From an uncultured Nitrososphaerota archaeon (lineage in GTDB: Archaea; Thermoproteota; EX4484-205; JAAOZP01), in contig CAYQCW010000006.1 in the NCBI GenBank assembly GCA_964416155.1, positions 1 to 53,544 on the forward strand: 53,544 nucleotides of DNA, in the 5' to 3' direction. Under the pieces are notes generated by a model that had not been told where the DNA came from, did no database searches, and saw nothing but the letters and a program-made list of their open reading frames with translations. This document shows positions 1-9,633 of this stretch, piece after piece. The first letter of the stretch is position 1. Each line of letters begins with the position of its first letter. The position numbers and the translations under genes were made by a program.

Positions 1-266
1 AACGCAATCGCGGCTGCCGTGACGCCTATGTAGAACGAATTTTTTATCCCGTGTAGCAAGAGCGCTAAGAGGTCTCTCCCCCAACTGTCAGTGCCTAAAG
101 GGAACTTCTCTGAAGGGGGTTGCTCTGGAGGGCCAACCATCTTTAAGGGGTCTATAGGATACACTGCGGATCCGACTACGCTCACGATGATCGTGCCCGT
201 GAATATGGCTACACTTAAGACAAGCTTCCTTATCTTGAAGAGGTCTTTAACGATCCTACTTACCAT
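1..266 (-). CDS. ABC peptide/oligosaccharide transporter permease, DppC/OppC family (5' part only; runs off the window)
   Basis: Not in the ORF track. Read by hand from ATG at 266, preceded by GGAGGGG: MVSRIVKDLFKIRKLVLSVAIFTGTIIVSVVGSAVYPIDPLKMVGPPEQPPSEKFPLGTDSWGRDLLALLLHGIKNSFYIG. This contains the DppC N-terminal PPS..FPLGTD..GRD signature. Confidence 0.9.
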   Translation of the reverse strand, partial: MVSRIVKDLFKIRKLVLSVAIFTGTIIVSVVGSAVYPIDPLKMVGPPEQPPSEKFPLGTDSWGRDLLALLLHGIKNSFYIGVTAAAIA

Positions 267-469
267 GCTTTCCCCTCCCTTTACATCTTTTTATTCACGA
301 AACGTTTTAAACCTTACTTCCCAGATCGTTTTTCAACCTAGGGTTACAGGTATGCGTAAAAAAATAACTTATATTTGAGAATTCGGAGGAATCAAGATGT
401 AAAGATAGAATGCTCCTCATACTATCATTATAAACTTGGATGATTTATGTTCAAAAGGCTCCTACAGAC

Positions 470-1990
470 TTAGGCAACCCTATAGTCTGGAACCCTCTTC
501 AGCAGCATTCCGCCTATGGGTATAGGTGTGAGCTTCTGAGCTAAAGTCTTAGCCCTCTCTAGCTTAACCGTGCTGTCAGCGTAAATCGTAAACAGCCTGT
601 CACCCTTCTTAACCTGGCTGCCCATTTTCTGCCAGATCACCATTCCCGCCCCCTTATCCCTAGGAGCCCCGGCTGTACGGCACACCTGGATTACAGCAGC
701 ATTATTCACCATCTGAACATACCCGTCCTCCCAAGCAGTAAAGTCGTAAGTGTACTTTCCTACCTTAATATCGTTGGAAGTTACATCAGGGTTGCCTCCT
801 TGAGCCGCAATAATCTCCCTAAGCTTCGAGAGGGCTTTTCCACTTCTAAGAGTCTCCTCAGCAAGTTCTCTACCCCTCCCCCTCTCAGCTACACCAGCCA
901 TCTCCAGCAGGATCCCGGCTAGGACGCAGGACTTCTCAACCAGGCTTCTAGGCGCATACTTTCCCTCTAAAGCCATCAAGGCTTCTCTAGCCTCCAGTGC
1001 TGGGCCCACAGCCCTGCCCAAGGGCTGTGAACCATAGGTTATTGCACATTCAACCCTTATCCCCACTCTCCTCCCGAGCTCTATGAAGTCTTGGGCTAGG
1101 CTCCTAGCCTCATCCTCAGCCTCAACCTTAGCCCCCTTCCCCGTAGGGATGTCTATTAGGAGAAGCTCCACGCCAGTAGCCTTCTTCTTAGACATTACTG
1201 AAGCAAGAACCTGCGGCTTAGGGTCCAAGGAGAGTGGATACTCTGCCCTTATTATCTTGTCGTCGGCTGGAGCAAGGTTAACGCTGCCACCCCAGGCCAA
1301 GGTACCCCCGGTGCTTTCAGCGATAAACTTTATCTTCTGAGCCGTGAGAGATACTAGGGCGAGCACCTCCATGGTGTCGGCTATCCCCGATGGGCTGGTT
1401 ATGGCTCTCGAAGATGTTTTCGGTATTGTGACACCGTTTGCAGCAACTATTGGAACAGTGAGTAGGGCATACTTGTTGCCGGGAACCCCCCCGATGCTGT
1501 GAACATCGACAATGGGCGACTTGTCGAAAACTATGGTCTCGCCGGTCTCAACCATCGCTTTAACCATGTCTGTCACCTCATCCATATCCATGCCACGCAT
1601 CTCGATAGCGCTCACGTAAGCGGAGAGCTCTATGTCTGAAAGATTGTTCTCCACAATGTCTCTAATAATCACGCGTATCTCCTCCCCGGAGAGCTTTTCC
1701 CCCTTCATCTTCTTCCTTATGAAGGCTATGGATTGAGGCCTCTCGCTTGGAACAAGGTTAACCAAGTCCCCGTCTTTCAACCCTAAGGATCTGGCTGTCT
1801 CCGTGAAAACCCCTATTTCCCCTCTGCTTAAAAGCGTCGAGGTGATGTTCGCCACGGCCGTAAGCGACCCCTTCTCACAGGATATTCTAACATGGTCGAG
1901 AGCATGAACCCCGAGCTCTCCTGCGTCGTCAGCGTTCAGCAGAACCTCGTAGGAACCCTGCTCGATGTCAATAACCCTTGTTTTAAACAT
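470..1990 (-). CDS. deoA: AMP phosphorylase (archaeal thymidine phosphorylase family, pentose bisphosphate pathway)
   Basis: 506 aa. N-terminal double-psi-barrel-like extension, DVHSIGGVPGNK, PKTSSRAITSPSG, QPLGRAVGPALEA and AGAPRDKGAG motifs. Confidence 0.93.
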   Translation of the reverse strand: MFKTRVIDIEQGSYEVLLNADDAGELGVHALDHVRISCEKGSLTAVANITSTLLSRGEIGVFTETARSLGLKDGDLVNLVPSERPQSIAFIRKKMKGEKLSGEEIRVIIRDIVENNLSDIELSAYVSAIEMRGMDMDEVTDMVKAMVETGETIVFDKSPIVDVHSIGGVPGNKYALLTVPIVAANGVTIPKTSSRAITSPSGIADTMEVLALVSLTAQKIKFIAESTGGTLAWGGSVNLAPADDKIIRAEYPLSLDPKPQVLASVMSKKKATGVELLLIDIPTGKGAKVEAEDEARSLAQDFIELGRRVGIRVECAITYGSQPLGRAVGPALEAREALMALEGKYAPRSLVEKSCVLAGILLEMAGVAERGRGRELAEETLRSGKALSKLREIIAAQGGNPDVTSNDIKVGKYTYDFTAWEDGYVQMVNNAAVIQVCRTAGAPRDKGAGMVIWQKMGSQVKKGDRLFTIYADSTVKLERAKTLAQKLTPIPIGGMLLKRVPDYRVA

Positions 1991-2070
1991 AAGTGGTTGA
2001 AAGCACTTGGCTTTTTAACCTTTAACAGCGGGCGAGACTCTTCGAAGCATTAGATGCTGGTTGACACTGC

Positions 2071-4092
2071 TCAGCCAGGCGCCACCGCTTTAAAATCAAG
2101 CCCCTCAATCCTTACTGAGCCGCTCAGCCTATCGCCGGAAACAAGGTCTATGAAAACCCTTCCGCCAAGATTTAGCTCCACAGTCTCATCCTTATGGTTT
2201 AAAACGAATACGATTTCTTTACCATCCCCCTTCCTCCTTGTCGCCTCAACCCCTAGGGCATCTGGAAGCACCTCCTCAGCAGCACCCATTCTTATAAGCC
2301 GGTCGACCAATTCATCGTGAAACTCTGAGGAGGCAAAAGTCCCAACGTAAATAGCAATACCCTTACCGAAGCGCTTCATTGTTGCAGCCGGCTTACCCCT
2401 GTACATGCCTGAGCTGTATTCAGCGACAACCTCAGCATCCTCAGCCGCCAACTTCTCCATCCAGTTTCGAGCCTTGAAGAACACCTTCTGCCTGAGGAAC
2501 ACTGCCCCGCACGCTTCACCCTCTGGCAGACCAGTGTACTCCTCAACAGTGACGCCGAATAAGTCTGCCACTCTCCCCGGAAGAGGCTTGTCAACAATAT
2601 TGTTGCACCAATCCTTCGCTCCAGTCCTAGGAGTGGCAATGAGCACCCCACCCCTATCCACGTAGGATCTTAACGCGTCCTCCAGCCTATCGTTTAACAC
2701 CATGAGGGATGGTGCGAACAAGACGCGATACTTGTTCAAATCATCTGAGAAGGGGTCTACGAAGTCCGTTAGGATGTTTCTCTTGTAGAGCGCTCTGTAA
2801 ACGTCTAAAACCGGTTCCCACGCACCCATCCCATAATAGTTTTCCCCACCGTAGCCAACCTCAAGATCCCAAGCCCACAGGTTATCGTAAACCAGAAGAA
2901 TGCCGATGCTCGCGTCGAAAAGAGTTTTTTCAAAAAACGGGGCGATTCTGAAGAGTTCCCCGGAAACCTTCTTAACCTCGGAGAACCTCCTTCTCGGCAC
3001 ACCGTCATGATCCAAGATGCCGTGCCAGTACTCCTCAGCCCCGAACCTACAGGATCTCCACCTGAAGTATAGGATGCCGCCAGCACCCCTTGCGACTGAT
3101 TGAACCGTCCAAAGCCGGATCTCACCCGGTTTCGGCATGGGTGCGAGACGGGTCTTAACCGCACCGCTCTGCAGCTCCATTATCCAGTATTGTTTTTTCT
3201 TAAGGCTTCTCATAACGTCGTGAGCCATTGCGGAAGCCGCGTAATCAACCTTTGAAGACCACTTAGGATAGTAGTCGAAGGAGACGAGGTCCAGGTCTCT
3301 CGCAAGCTTAAAGTAGTCAAGCTCCTTGTAAAGACCCATGAAATTATGGGTTACCATTTGATGGGGCGCGTGTCTACGTATTATTTCAACCTGCAGCCGC
3401 TGGTAGTTGACCCAAGCGTCGCTGGAGAAACGGTGCCACTCTAAGCAGAGTGCAGGGTTCTGCATGTCGAACGGCGGCCTAGGCGGGAACACCTCGTCCC
3501 AGGAACCGTACTCCTGACCCCAGAAGACGAGGCCTAATGCGGAGTTCAGCCTTTCAACACTGCCATACTTCTCCTTCAACCAGCGTCTGAAAGCCTTTAT
3601 GGAGTTTTCGCAATAGCAGAGGTTCACGTCAAACTCGTTGTCTATCTGCCAACCTATAACGCTAGGGTTATCCTTGAAGTGGAGAACCATTGCTTCAACT
3701 ATCCTTTCCGTATGCTCAATATAGTTCGGGTTTACTGCGCAACAGTTCTTCCTAGTGCCCTCCGGCTTCCTCCTACCCTGCGCATCAACCTGCAGGATGT
3801 TGGGGTGAGCCTTCACCAGCCAGGGGGGCGGGGCTGCAGTAGGGGTTCCCAGCACCGCCTTTATGCCATGCTTGGAAAGGGTTTCAAGCGCGTCATCAAG
3901 CCAGCTGAAGTTGAACTCTCCTTCAACAGGCTCCATCCTGCTCCAAGCGAACTCGGCCAGCCTAACCGTGTTAAAACCCAGCTCAGCCATCATCTTAGCG
4001 TCCGTAGCCCATCTTTCCCTAGGCCAGTGCTCCGGGTAGTAGTCGACGCCGAACCTGAAGGACGAGTTTCCCCCGCAATCCGAATCCCTCAT
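2071..4092 (-). CDS. Beta-galactosidase, glycoside hydrolase family 42
   Basis: FGVDYYPEHW, AEFAWSRMEP, WQIDNE (acid/base), WIMELQ (nucleophile), YFRWR and GAEEYWHG motifs, plus a trimerisation domain. Start set at ATG 4092; the ORF track extends to 4113. Confidence 0.93.
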   Translation of the reverse strand: MRDSDCGGNSSFRFGVDYYPEHWPRERWATDAKMMAELGFNTVRLAEFAWSRMEPVEGEFNFSWLDDALETLSKHGIKAVLGTPTAAPPPWLVKAHPNILQVDAQGRRKPEGTRKNCCAVNPNYIEHTERIVEAMVLHFKDNPSVIGWQIDNEFDVNLCYCENSIKAFRRWLKEKYGSVERLNSALGLVFWGQEYGSWDEVFPPRPPFDMQNPALCLEWHRFSSDAWVNYQRLQVEIIRRHAPHQMVTHNFMGLYKELDYFKLARDLDLVSFDYYPKWSSKVDYAASAMAHDVMRSLKKKQYWIMELQSGAVKTRLAPMPKPGEIRLWTVQSVARGAGGILYFRWRSCRFGAEEYWHGILDHDGVPRRRFSEVKKVSGELFRIAPFFEKTLFDASIGILLVYDNLWAWDLEVGYGGENYYGMGAWEPVLDVYRALYKRNILTDFVDPFSDDLNKYRVLFAPSLMVLNDRLEDALRSYVDRGGVLIATPRTGAKDWCNNIVDKPLPGRVADLFGVTVEEYTGLPEGEACGAVFLRQKVFFKARNWMEKLAAEDAEVVAEYSSGMYRGKPAATMKRFGKGIAIYVGTFASSEFHDELVDRLIRMGAAEEVLPDALGVEATRRKGDGKEIVFVLNHKDETVELNLGGRVFIDLVSGDRLSGSVRIEGLDFKAVAPG

Positions 4093-4177
4093 GAGAAAGA
4101 TAATCACCAACATGAAAATAAAGCTTTTTACTCTTTCAAAAACCTATATAACATGGAGACGTTCAGCGGGAGAAGAA

Positions 4178-5053
4178 ATGGTTGAAAAGCCTAACCGGGA
4201 TGTTGCGGACATGGTTTTGGCTTTCCAGAGAAACGAGATAACTGAACACATGATTTACATTGCCCTCTCGAAAAGAGCCAGGGGGGTGAATTCACAGCTT
4301 TTAAAAAAGATGGCTGAAGACGAGCTGCGCCATTACGGTGAATGGAGAAACCATACGGGCAGAGATGTCTCCCCGAACAGGCTTATGCTTTTCAAATATA
4401 TCCTCATATCAAGGCTCTTCGGCTTAACCTTCGCGGTTAAGCTTATGGAGAAAGGCGAGGAGGAGGCGGAGGAGGTTTACGAGAAAATATCCGGCGCCTT
4501 TCCAAAAGCAATGGAGATAATGAGGGATGAGAAGGAGCATGAGAAGATCCTGATAGGCATGATTGATGAGGAGATGGTGAATTATGCCGGCTCACTTGTG
4601 CTGGGTTTGAACGATGCGCTTGTCGAGCTTACCGGGGCTCTCGTCGGCCTAGCCTTCACTCTTCAAAACAGTAGGCTTGTGGGCGTCTCAGGACTGATAA
4701 CGGGTATTGCAGCCTCCATCTCAATGTCCGCCTCAGAGTACTTGTCCAAGAAATCTGAAAAGTCTGGGAAAAACCCTTTGAAAGCATCCTTATACACTGG
4801 TCTAGCCTATCTCATGACTGTCCTAACACTGTCAACCCCTTATCTTCTACTTTCAGACTATCGGATTGCACTAGCAATCATGTTCCCCAGCATAAGCCTA
4901 ATCGTGTCAGTCTTCACCTTCTTCATTTCAATAACCAAAGAGGTTTCTTTCAGAAAAATGTTTCTAGAAATGATGCTCGTAAGCCTAGGGGTTGCTGCAA
5001 TATCATTCGTAATCGGATGGGTTGCGAGAATACTTTTCGGAATAGAGGTCTAA
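4178..5053 (+). CDS. Rubrerythrin-VIT1/CCC1 fusion (MbfA-like iron/manganese exporter)
   Basis: N-terminal ferritin-like di-iron motifs (NEITEH, EDELRH, MEKGE, DEKEH), then the VIT1 membrane domain VLGLNDALVE...GIAASISMSASEYLS. Likely start is ATG 4178. Confidence 0.88.
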   Translation: MVEKPNRDVADMVLAFQRNEITEHMIYIALSKRARGVNSQLLKKMAEDELRHYGEWRNHTGRDVSPNRLMLFKYILISRLFGLTFAVKLMEKGEEEAEEVYEKISGAFPKAMEIMRDEKEHEKILIGMIDEEMVNYAGSLVLGLNDALVELTGALVGLAFTLQNSRLVGVSGLITGIAASISMSASEYLSKKSEKSGKNPLKASLYTGLAYLMTVLTLSTPYLLLSDYRIALAIMFPSISLIVSVFTFFISITKEVSFRKMFLEMMLVSLGVAAISFVIGWVARILFGIEV

Positions 5054-5121
5054 CCCAATAGAGTGTAATCTTGTATGAGGAAATGTTAGGCTCCTAGTCT
5101 TGTAAGATGTTTAATGAGGGG

Positions 5122-6114
5122 TTAAACCGGAACCCTTCCGGCGAACAGCCTTACGTATTCTTTAGCTTTCTCCTTAACCATGTCTCGGGCCGCGGTGCCG
5201 AATTTCCTGAAGTCTTTTTCACTCGGATTAGCCTGGTAAGCCTTTATGAAGCCTTCGATGAAAGCTATCGACAGGGCGGTTGCAACATTCACCTTAGTCA
5301 CGCCACCAGTCTTGATAGCGTCTAGAAGAGTGCCCTCACCCTTCTGCAGAACAATCCCTTTTTCACGTGCATCCTTGGGCGTCATGAGTATTCCTGATGA
5401 GCCGTGGGATACGACGGGTATACGCATCCGCTCCTGTATGGCGATAAGCCTGTCTATGCGGACTGGCCATATGTCGTCCCAAATGCCATGTATGGATCCG
5501 AAGGCGGCGGCCAGAAAGTCGCAGCCAGTCTTCTTCACAAAGTATTCAACGTCTTCCGGCTTAGCCATGAGCTCCTCCACAGACTTCCCTGCTTTCTCGC
5601 GAATAATCCTCACGGCTTCAGCCGGCGGGAGTGATCTTAAACGGGCTATTTCAGCCTGAGAGAAATAGTCTTCAATCTTCGGAATCTTCCCCAGCTCAGC
5701 CTCAACCGGCACTCCTTTCTCACGACACATTTCGACAACCTGTCGGGTAAGCCTAATGTTCTCTTCCAGCGGCAGAGAAGAACCGTCGAAAAGCACTGCT
5801 GTGAAACCCGCGTCAAGCGCTTTTTTAACCTGATCTTTTTCAGTCGCGTGGTCAAGGTTTAGAGCTATGCGTATATCAGTCTCGGAGGCGGCGATCTTAA
5901 CCATTCCAGCCCCCAGAGACCATCCTGCGTACTTGCTTGCCCCTGGGCTCAGCTGTATTATCAGGTCCATGGGTTCACCGACCTCTTTCGATACTTCTTC
6001 AGCAGCCCATATGAATGCCTGTATCATCTCCATGTTGTTCGCGTTGAAGGCTCCGACAGCCCTGCCCTCCTTCAAGGCGGGTAGAAGCAAATCCCGCTCA
6101 TTCACCAGAGGCAT
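5122..6114 (-). CDS. Class II (metal-dependent) ketose-bisphosphate aldolase, FbaA/GatY family
   Basis: AVGAFN, LNLDH, FDGS.LPLEENI, VEAELG, GSIHG, HGSSG and KVNVAT motifs. Confidence 0.88.
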   Translation of the reverse strand: MPLVNERDLLLPALKEGRAVGAFNANNMEMIQAFIWAAEEVSKEVGEPMDLIIQLSPGASKYAGWSLGAGMVKIAASETDIRIALNLDHATEKDQVKKALDAGFTAVLFDGSSLPLEENIRLTRQVVEMCREKGVPVEAELGKIPKIEDYFSQAEIARLRSLPPAEAVRIIREKAGKSVEELMAKPEDVEYFVKKTGCDFLAAAFGSIHGIWDDIWPVRIDRLIAIQERMRIPVVSHGSSGILMTPKDAREKGIVLQKGEGTLLDAIKTGGVTKVNVATALSIAFIEGFIKAYQANPSEKDFRKFGTAARDMVKEKAKEYVRLFAGRVPV

Positions 6115-6263
6115 ATTTCCTCCACCTGTTCTCCAACAATTGGAAGGGTATAAAAGCTTTCCCCCTTCAAGAGACTAAGCCCCATGTTCATCGCCAATTC
6201 CTCTTTTCATCCCGGACCCGGGTAAAAATTTAAAAGCGTTTCAACCATCCGGCTTCAGAATTA

Positions 6264-7595
6264 TTGTTGAAAATAATGAATAAAAAAATGCTTTCAAAAA
6301 GCAGGTGGAGAAACGATGTTTTGGAAACACTTGAAGAAGGGTTGAGGGCTTCTGACCCGAAGAAATCTGTGGAGGAGGCTCTTGAAGGAATAAGCAGGGA
6401 TATTGAGGCTGCAGAAAGAGTTTTCGTAATCGGGTTTGGAAAAGCCTCTGCACCAATGGCTGAAGCATGCGAAGAAAAAATAGGGGAGAGGATTGTGGAC
6501 GGCGCCATAATAATCCCGGTGAACGTTGACGCAAAGAGGCTTAGGAGAGTAAGGGTTTTAAAAGGGACGCATCCGACCCCTTCTGAAGCCAGCGTCGAGT
6601 CAACCAGAAGGCTGATTTCCATATGCCAGAGTTTAACCCGAAGAGACCTTGTAATATGTCTAATCTCCGGAGGAGGATCATCCCTCTTAACTCTTCCCGC
6701 GGAAGGAGTAACACTGGAGGAGAAGAAGACGGCGACGGATATTCTCCTGAAATCCGGTGCGGAGATAAAGGAGGTCAACACGATTCGGAAACACTTGTCG
6801 AGCGTTAAAGGGGGGCAATTGATAAACTTCCTTAAGCCGGCGAAAGTGATTTCGCTCATCCTATCAGACATCGTGGGAGACCCCGTTGAATACATTGCTT
6901 CAGGGCCGACTTCCCCGGACCCGTCGACCTTTAAAGACGCTTACAACATTATTTTGAAGCACGATTTAACGGGAAAGCTGCCTAGAAGCATTGTTGAAAG
7001 GATAGAAAGGGGAATTCGGGGAGAGGTCCCTGAAACCCCGAAGCCTGGAGACGAGATTTTCAAAAATGTTAAGAACATTATCGTGTTAAACAACATGAAG
7101 GCTCTGACCGCGATGGAGAGAAAAGCTGTTGAACTCGGCTACAACACGCTTGTCTTAACATCGTTCTCGGAAGGCGAGGCCCGTGAAGTCGGAAGGTTCC
7201 TATGCGGAGTCATTAAGCAAATAGCCACGTACGACTCGCCTGTTAAAAAGCCAGCCTGCTTGATAGTCGGCGGGGAGACCACCGTAACCGTTAAGGGTAG
7301 AGGAAAGGGAGGTAGAAACCAGGAGCTCACCCTATCTGTCTTAACTAATTGCGGCGGTTTAAAGAACTTTGTCTTCGCATCGATTGGGAGCGACGGCGTC
7401 GACGGCTATACTGACGCGGCGGGCGCCATTGCAGATTTTTCCACGCTGGAAAACGCGTGCAACAAAGGACTGAATCCAGAGGTTTTTCTCGAGGATAATG
7501 ATTCCTACGATTTCTTCAAGCAGACGGGCGACCTAATCTTCACAGGTCCAACGGGCACTAATGTAAACGATTTCACTTTAACAGTGATATACTAA
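6264..7595 (+). CDS. Glycerate 2-kinase (MOFRL/GckA-TtuD family)
   Basis: GFGKAS, HPTP, LISGGGSSL, RKHLSSVKGG, SDIVGD..IASGPT, GGETTV, GGRNQE, SDGVDG and TGPTGTNVND motifs. Confidence 0.93.
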   Translation: MLKIMNKKMLSKSRWRNDVLETLEEGLRASDPKKSVEEALEGISRDIEAAERVFVIGFGKASAPMAEACEEKIGERIVDGAIIIPVNVDAKRLRRVRVLKGTHPTPSEASVESTRRLISICQSLTRRDLVICLISGGGSSLLTLPAEGVTLEEKKTATDILLKSGAEIKEVNTIRKHLSSVKGGQLINFLKPAKVISLILSDIVGDPVEYIASGPTSPDPSTFKDAYNIILKHDLTGKLPRSIVERIERGIRGEVPETPKPGDEIFKNVKNIIVLNNMKALTAMERKAVELGYNTLVLTSFSEGEAREVGRFLCGVIKQIATYDSPVKKPACLIVGGETTVTVKGRGKGGRNQELTLSVLTNCGGLKNFVFASIGSDGVDGYTDAAGAIADFSTLENACNKGLNPEVFLEDNDSYDFFKQTGDLIFTGPTGTNVNDFTLTVIY

Positions 7596-7638
7596 CAGTA
7601 AACACGTCAACGTAACGAAACGCCTACACCATGGGTCT

Positions 7639-8715
7639 TTAAACAAGGTATTTAGAAATATATTTTCTCCCCGCGTATTCTTCAATCAGCCTCTCGTCTA
7701 TCGGATACGTGCCATATTTCTTCGTCAACTCTAACATAAGCATGTAGTTGGAAGGCTTCACCGCCGGATGGATACTGTTGCTTGAAGCCATGACGTGTCC
7801 TCCGCCAGGAGAAGCCTTCGCAATAGTCTCCTTAACAGCCTCCTCGACCTCCTTCTCACTGCCAAGCGGAAGAACGTAGGAGCAGTCAACATTCCCGACA
7901 ACAGCTATTCTCCCCCCATATTTTCTCTTAACCTCCCCTATATCCATTCCTGCAATCGGCTCTATCGGGTCAAGAGCATCAATACCCGAGTCGACGATCA
8001 TGTCGATTATCGGCCAAAGGTTTCCGTCAGTATGCTTTACGAAGGGGGTTCCAAGCCTCTTGACTGTTTGAACAACCCTCTTCAAATAGGGTAGGACAAA
8101 CTCCTCAAACTGTTTCACCGACATGAACGGCCCCTTTCTGTCAGCGTAATCATCCCCAGTTAAAACAACATCAGCCCCCATCCTAACAGCCTTCTCAACA
8201 ACCCTACACTTATATTCTGAAATGGTTTCGCTCAGCCTGTGGACGAAATCCTTATTCCTATGGTAGTGAAGGAAAAGGTTCCGCAAGCCGCCGACCAAAT
8301 AATGGGAGAACTCGAATGTTTCATGGCTCAGCAACACTATTGCCCTCTCCCCCTTAAACTTGTCAACATATGCTTCGAGCGTTTTCAGCCTCCAGTCAGC
8401 CTCTGGGTCTGGAGGAGAATAATCGTTCAAGTCAGCCGGCTCCTTTATCGGGCCCCCAACCGGGTAGTTTACCCCAGCATCAATCGGCTTCCACCTTATC
8501 CCCCACTCGTCCACAAGGCATTCCCCGTTCTTCTCAAACCTTTGATCCTCGCTCACACATATTCCGTCTAACCCTGCCCACTCGACAAAGTCAGCATAGG
8601 TCCCGTCTGGAAGCAGGCTTCTAATCACAGGCTCGTTTATTATGAGCTCCCAAATGGGAACCCTGTCAGGCTGCTGCCTGTTTAAAGCCTTCAGGAACCT
8701 TTCTCGAGGCTTCAC
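7639..8715 (-). CDS. Uroporphyrinogen decarboxylase-fold (URO-D/MtaA-like) protein of unknown function
   Basis: PRERF..AL...PDRVP start, DEWG, GDDYA, HTDGN, PIEP.AGMD, GNVD and GGGHVMASSNSIH motifs. Start set at GTG 8715, with a TATA box about 25 nt upstream. Confidence 0.85.
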   Translation of the reverse strand: MKPRERFLKALNRQQPDRVPIWELIINEPVIRSLLPDGTYADFVEWAGLDGICVSEDQRFEKNGECLVDEWGIRWKPIDAGVNYPVGGPIKEPADLNDYSPPDPEADWRLKTLEAYVDKFKGERAIVLLSHETFEFSHYLVGGLRNLFLHYHRNKDFVHRLSETISEYKCRVVEKAVRMGADVVLTGDDYADRKGPFMSVKQFEEFVLPYLKRVVQTVKRLGTPFVKHTDGNLWPIIDMIVDSGIDALDPIEPIAGMDIGEVKRKYGGRIAVVGNVDCSYVLPLGSEKEVEEAVKETIAKASPGGGHVMASSNSIHPAVKPSNYMLMLELTKKYGTYPIDERLIEEYAGRKYISKYLV

Positions 8716-8783
8716 GGTAAAGCCAACTCCACATTGCTTATAAACTTTCAGAGCAAGCGTAATCTGTGGAAGCATATGTTTCC

Positions 8784-9581
8784 CTAAACGCTGGAAACCG
8801 ACTGCTTCAGAATCTCTAACGCGAATCTCAGCTCTCCCCCCGGGTTCTCCCCAAGCCCTGCCTCAATAGACATCGCACCCCGGTAGCCTATTTCCCTGAA
8901 GCATTTGAAAAGCCTGTTGAAATCAATAATGCCTCGTCCCGGCACCCTACTATTGTTATCCGCAAGATGAACGTGAATAATTTCTCCCCCAGCCTTTTTC
9001 AAAGATTCCACTAAGTCGTATTCCTCCCTTATCATATGTCTGACATCCGCCGTCATCCCGATAAACTCGGAATTAACATTCTCAACAAGTTTCAGGGCTT
9101 CTTCAACCGTGTTCACGAAATTAGTCTCGCTCTTCGGTAGCGGCTCTATTCCGAACCTCACGTCAAACTCCTCTCCTGCTTTAGCCGCCTCCTTCAGAAC
9201 CTCCAAGTTTCTTTCATAACCCTTTTCACGAGCGGTTTCAAAAGGTATGCTTCTAGCCTTTCCGGAGCCCCATACTAAAACGGGACACGTGATCTCTGAA
9301 GCAGCCTCAGCAAGCCTGTAAGTATACTCTATGCTCCTCCTTCTCACGTGTTCAGATTCAGAAGCATGCGAGAAATCCGGCGGGTAAATACTGTTTGAAG
9401 CAACTATGCTCACGCCATATGAGCTCGAAAGCTCGCTCATTCTCTTTAAATCCGTCTTGGAAAACTTAAACGGATTAAGCTGCAGCCAGCCTGGAATCTC
9501 TATGGCTTTAAACCCAAGCTCAGAGAGAATTTTCAAGTTCTCCTCAGTAGCCTGCATGCAGACGCCGAGTATCCAGTTCAA
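8784..9581 (-). CDS. Sugar phosphate isomerase/epimerase, xylose-isomerase-like TIM barrel (ketose 3-epimerase family)
   Basis: Metal and catalytic motifs IEPL...ETNFVNT, DVRHM, HVHLADNNSRVPGRG and SIE. Confidence 0.85.
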   Translation of the reverse strand: MNWILGVCMQATEENLKILSELGFKAIEIPGWLQLNPFKFSKTDLKRMSELSSSYGVSIVASNSIYPPDFSHASESEHVRRRSIEYTYRLAEAASEITCPVLVWGSGKARSIPFETAREKGYERNLEVLKEAAKAGEEFDVRFGIEPLPKSETNFVNTVEEALKLVENVNSEFIGMTADVRHMIREEYDLVESLKKAGGEIIHVHLADNNSRVPGRGIIDFNRLFKCFREIGYRGAMSIEAGLGENPGGELRFALEILKQSVSSV

Positions 9582-9633
9582 CAGTTATCGACTCCTCCTG
9601 AACATAAGCCCACCTGGTTCCATGGAGACAAGA

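Noticed and set aside
91-378. 95-aa plus-strand ORF
   Set aside because: It overlaps the clear minus-strand DppC-type permease start and its promoter, so it is a shadow ORF.
6230-6895. 221-aa minus-strand ORF, and the many other 60-170 aa ORFs nested antisense in annotated genes
   Set aside because: They lie opposite well-supported genes and have no motifs or independent promoters.
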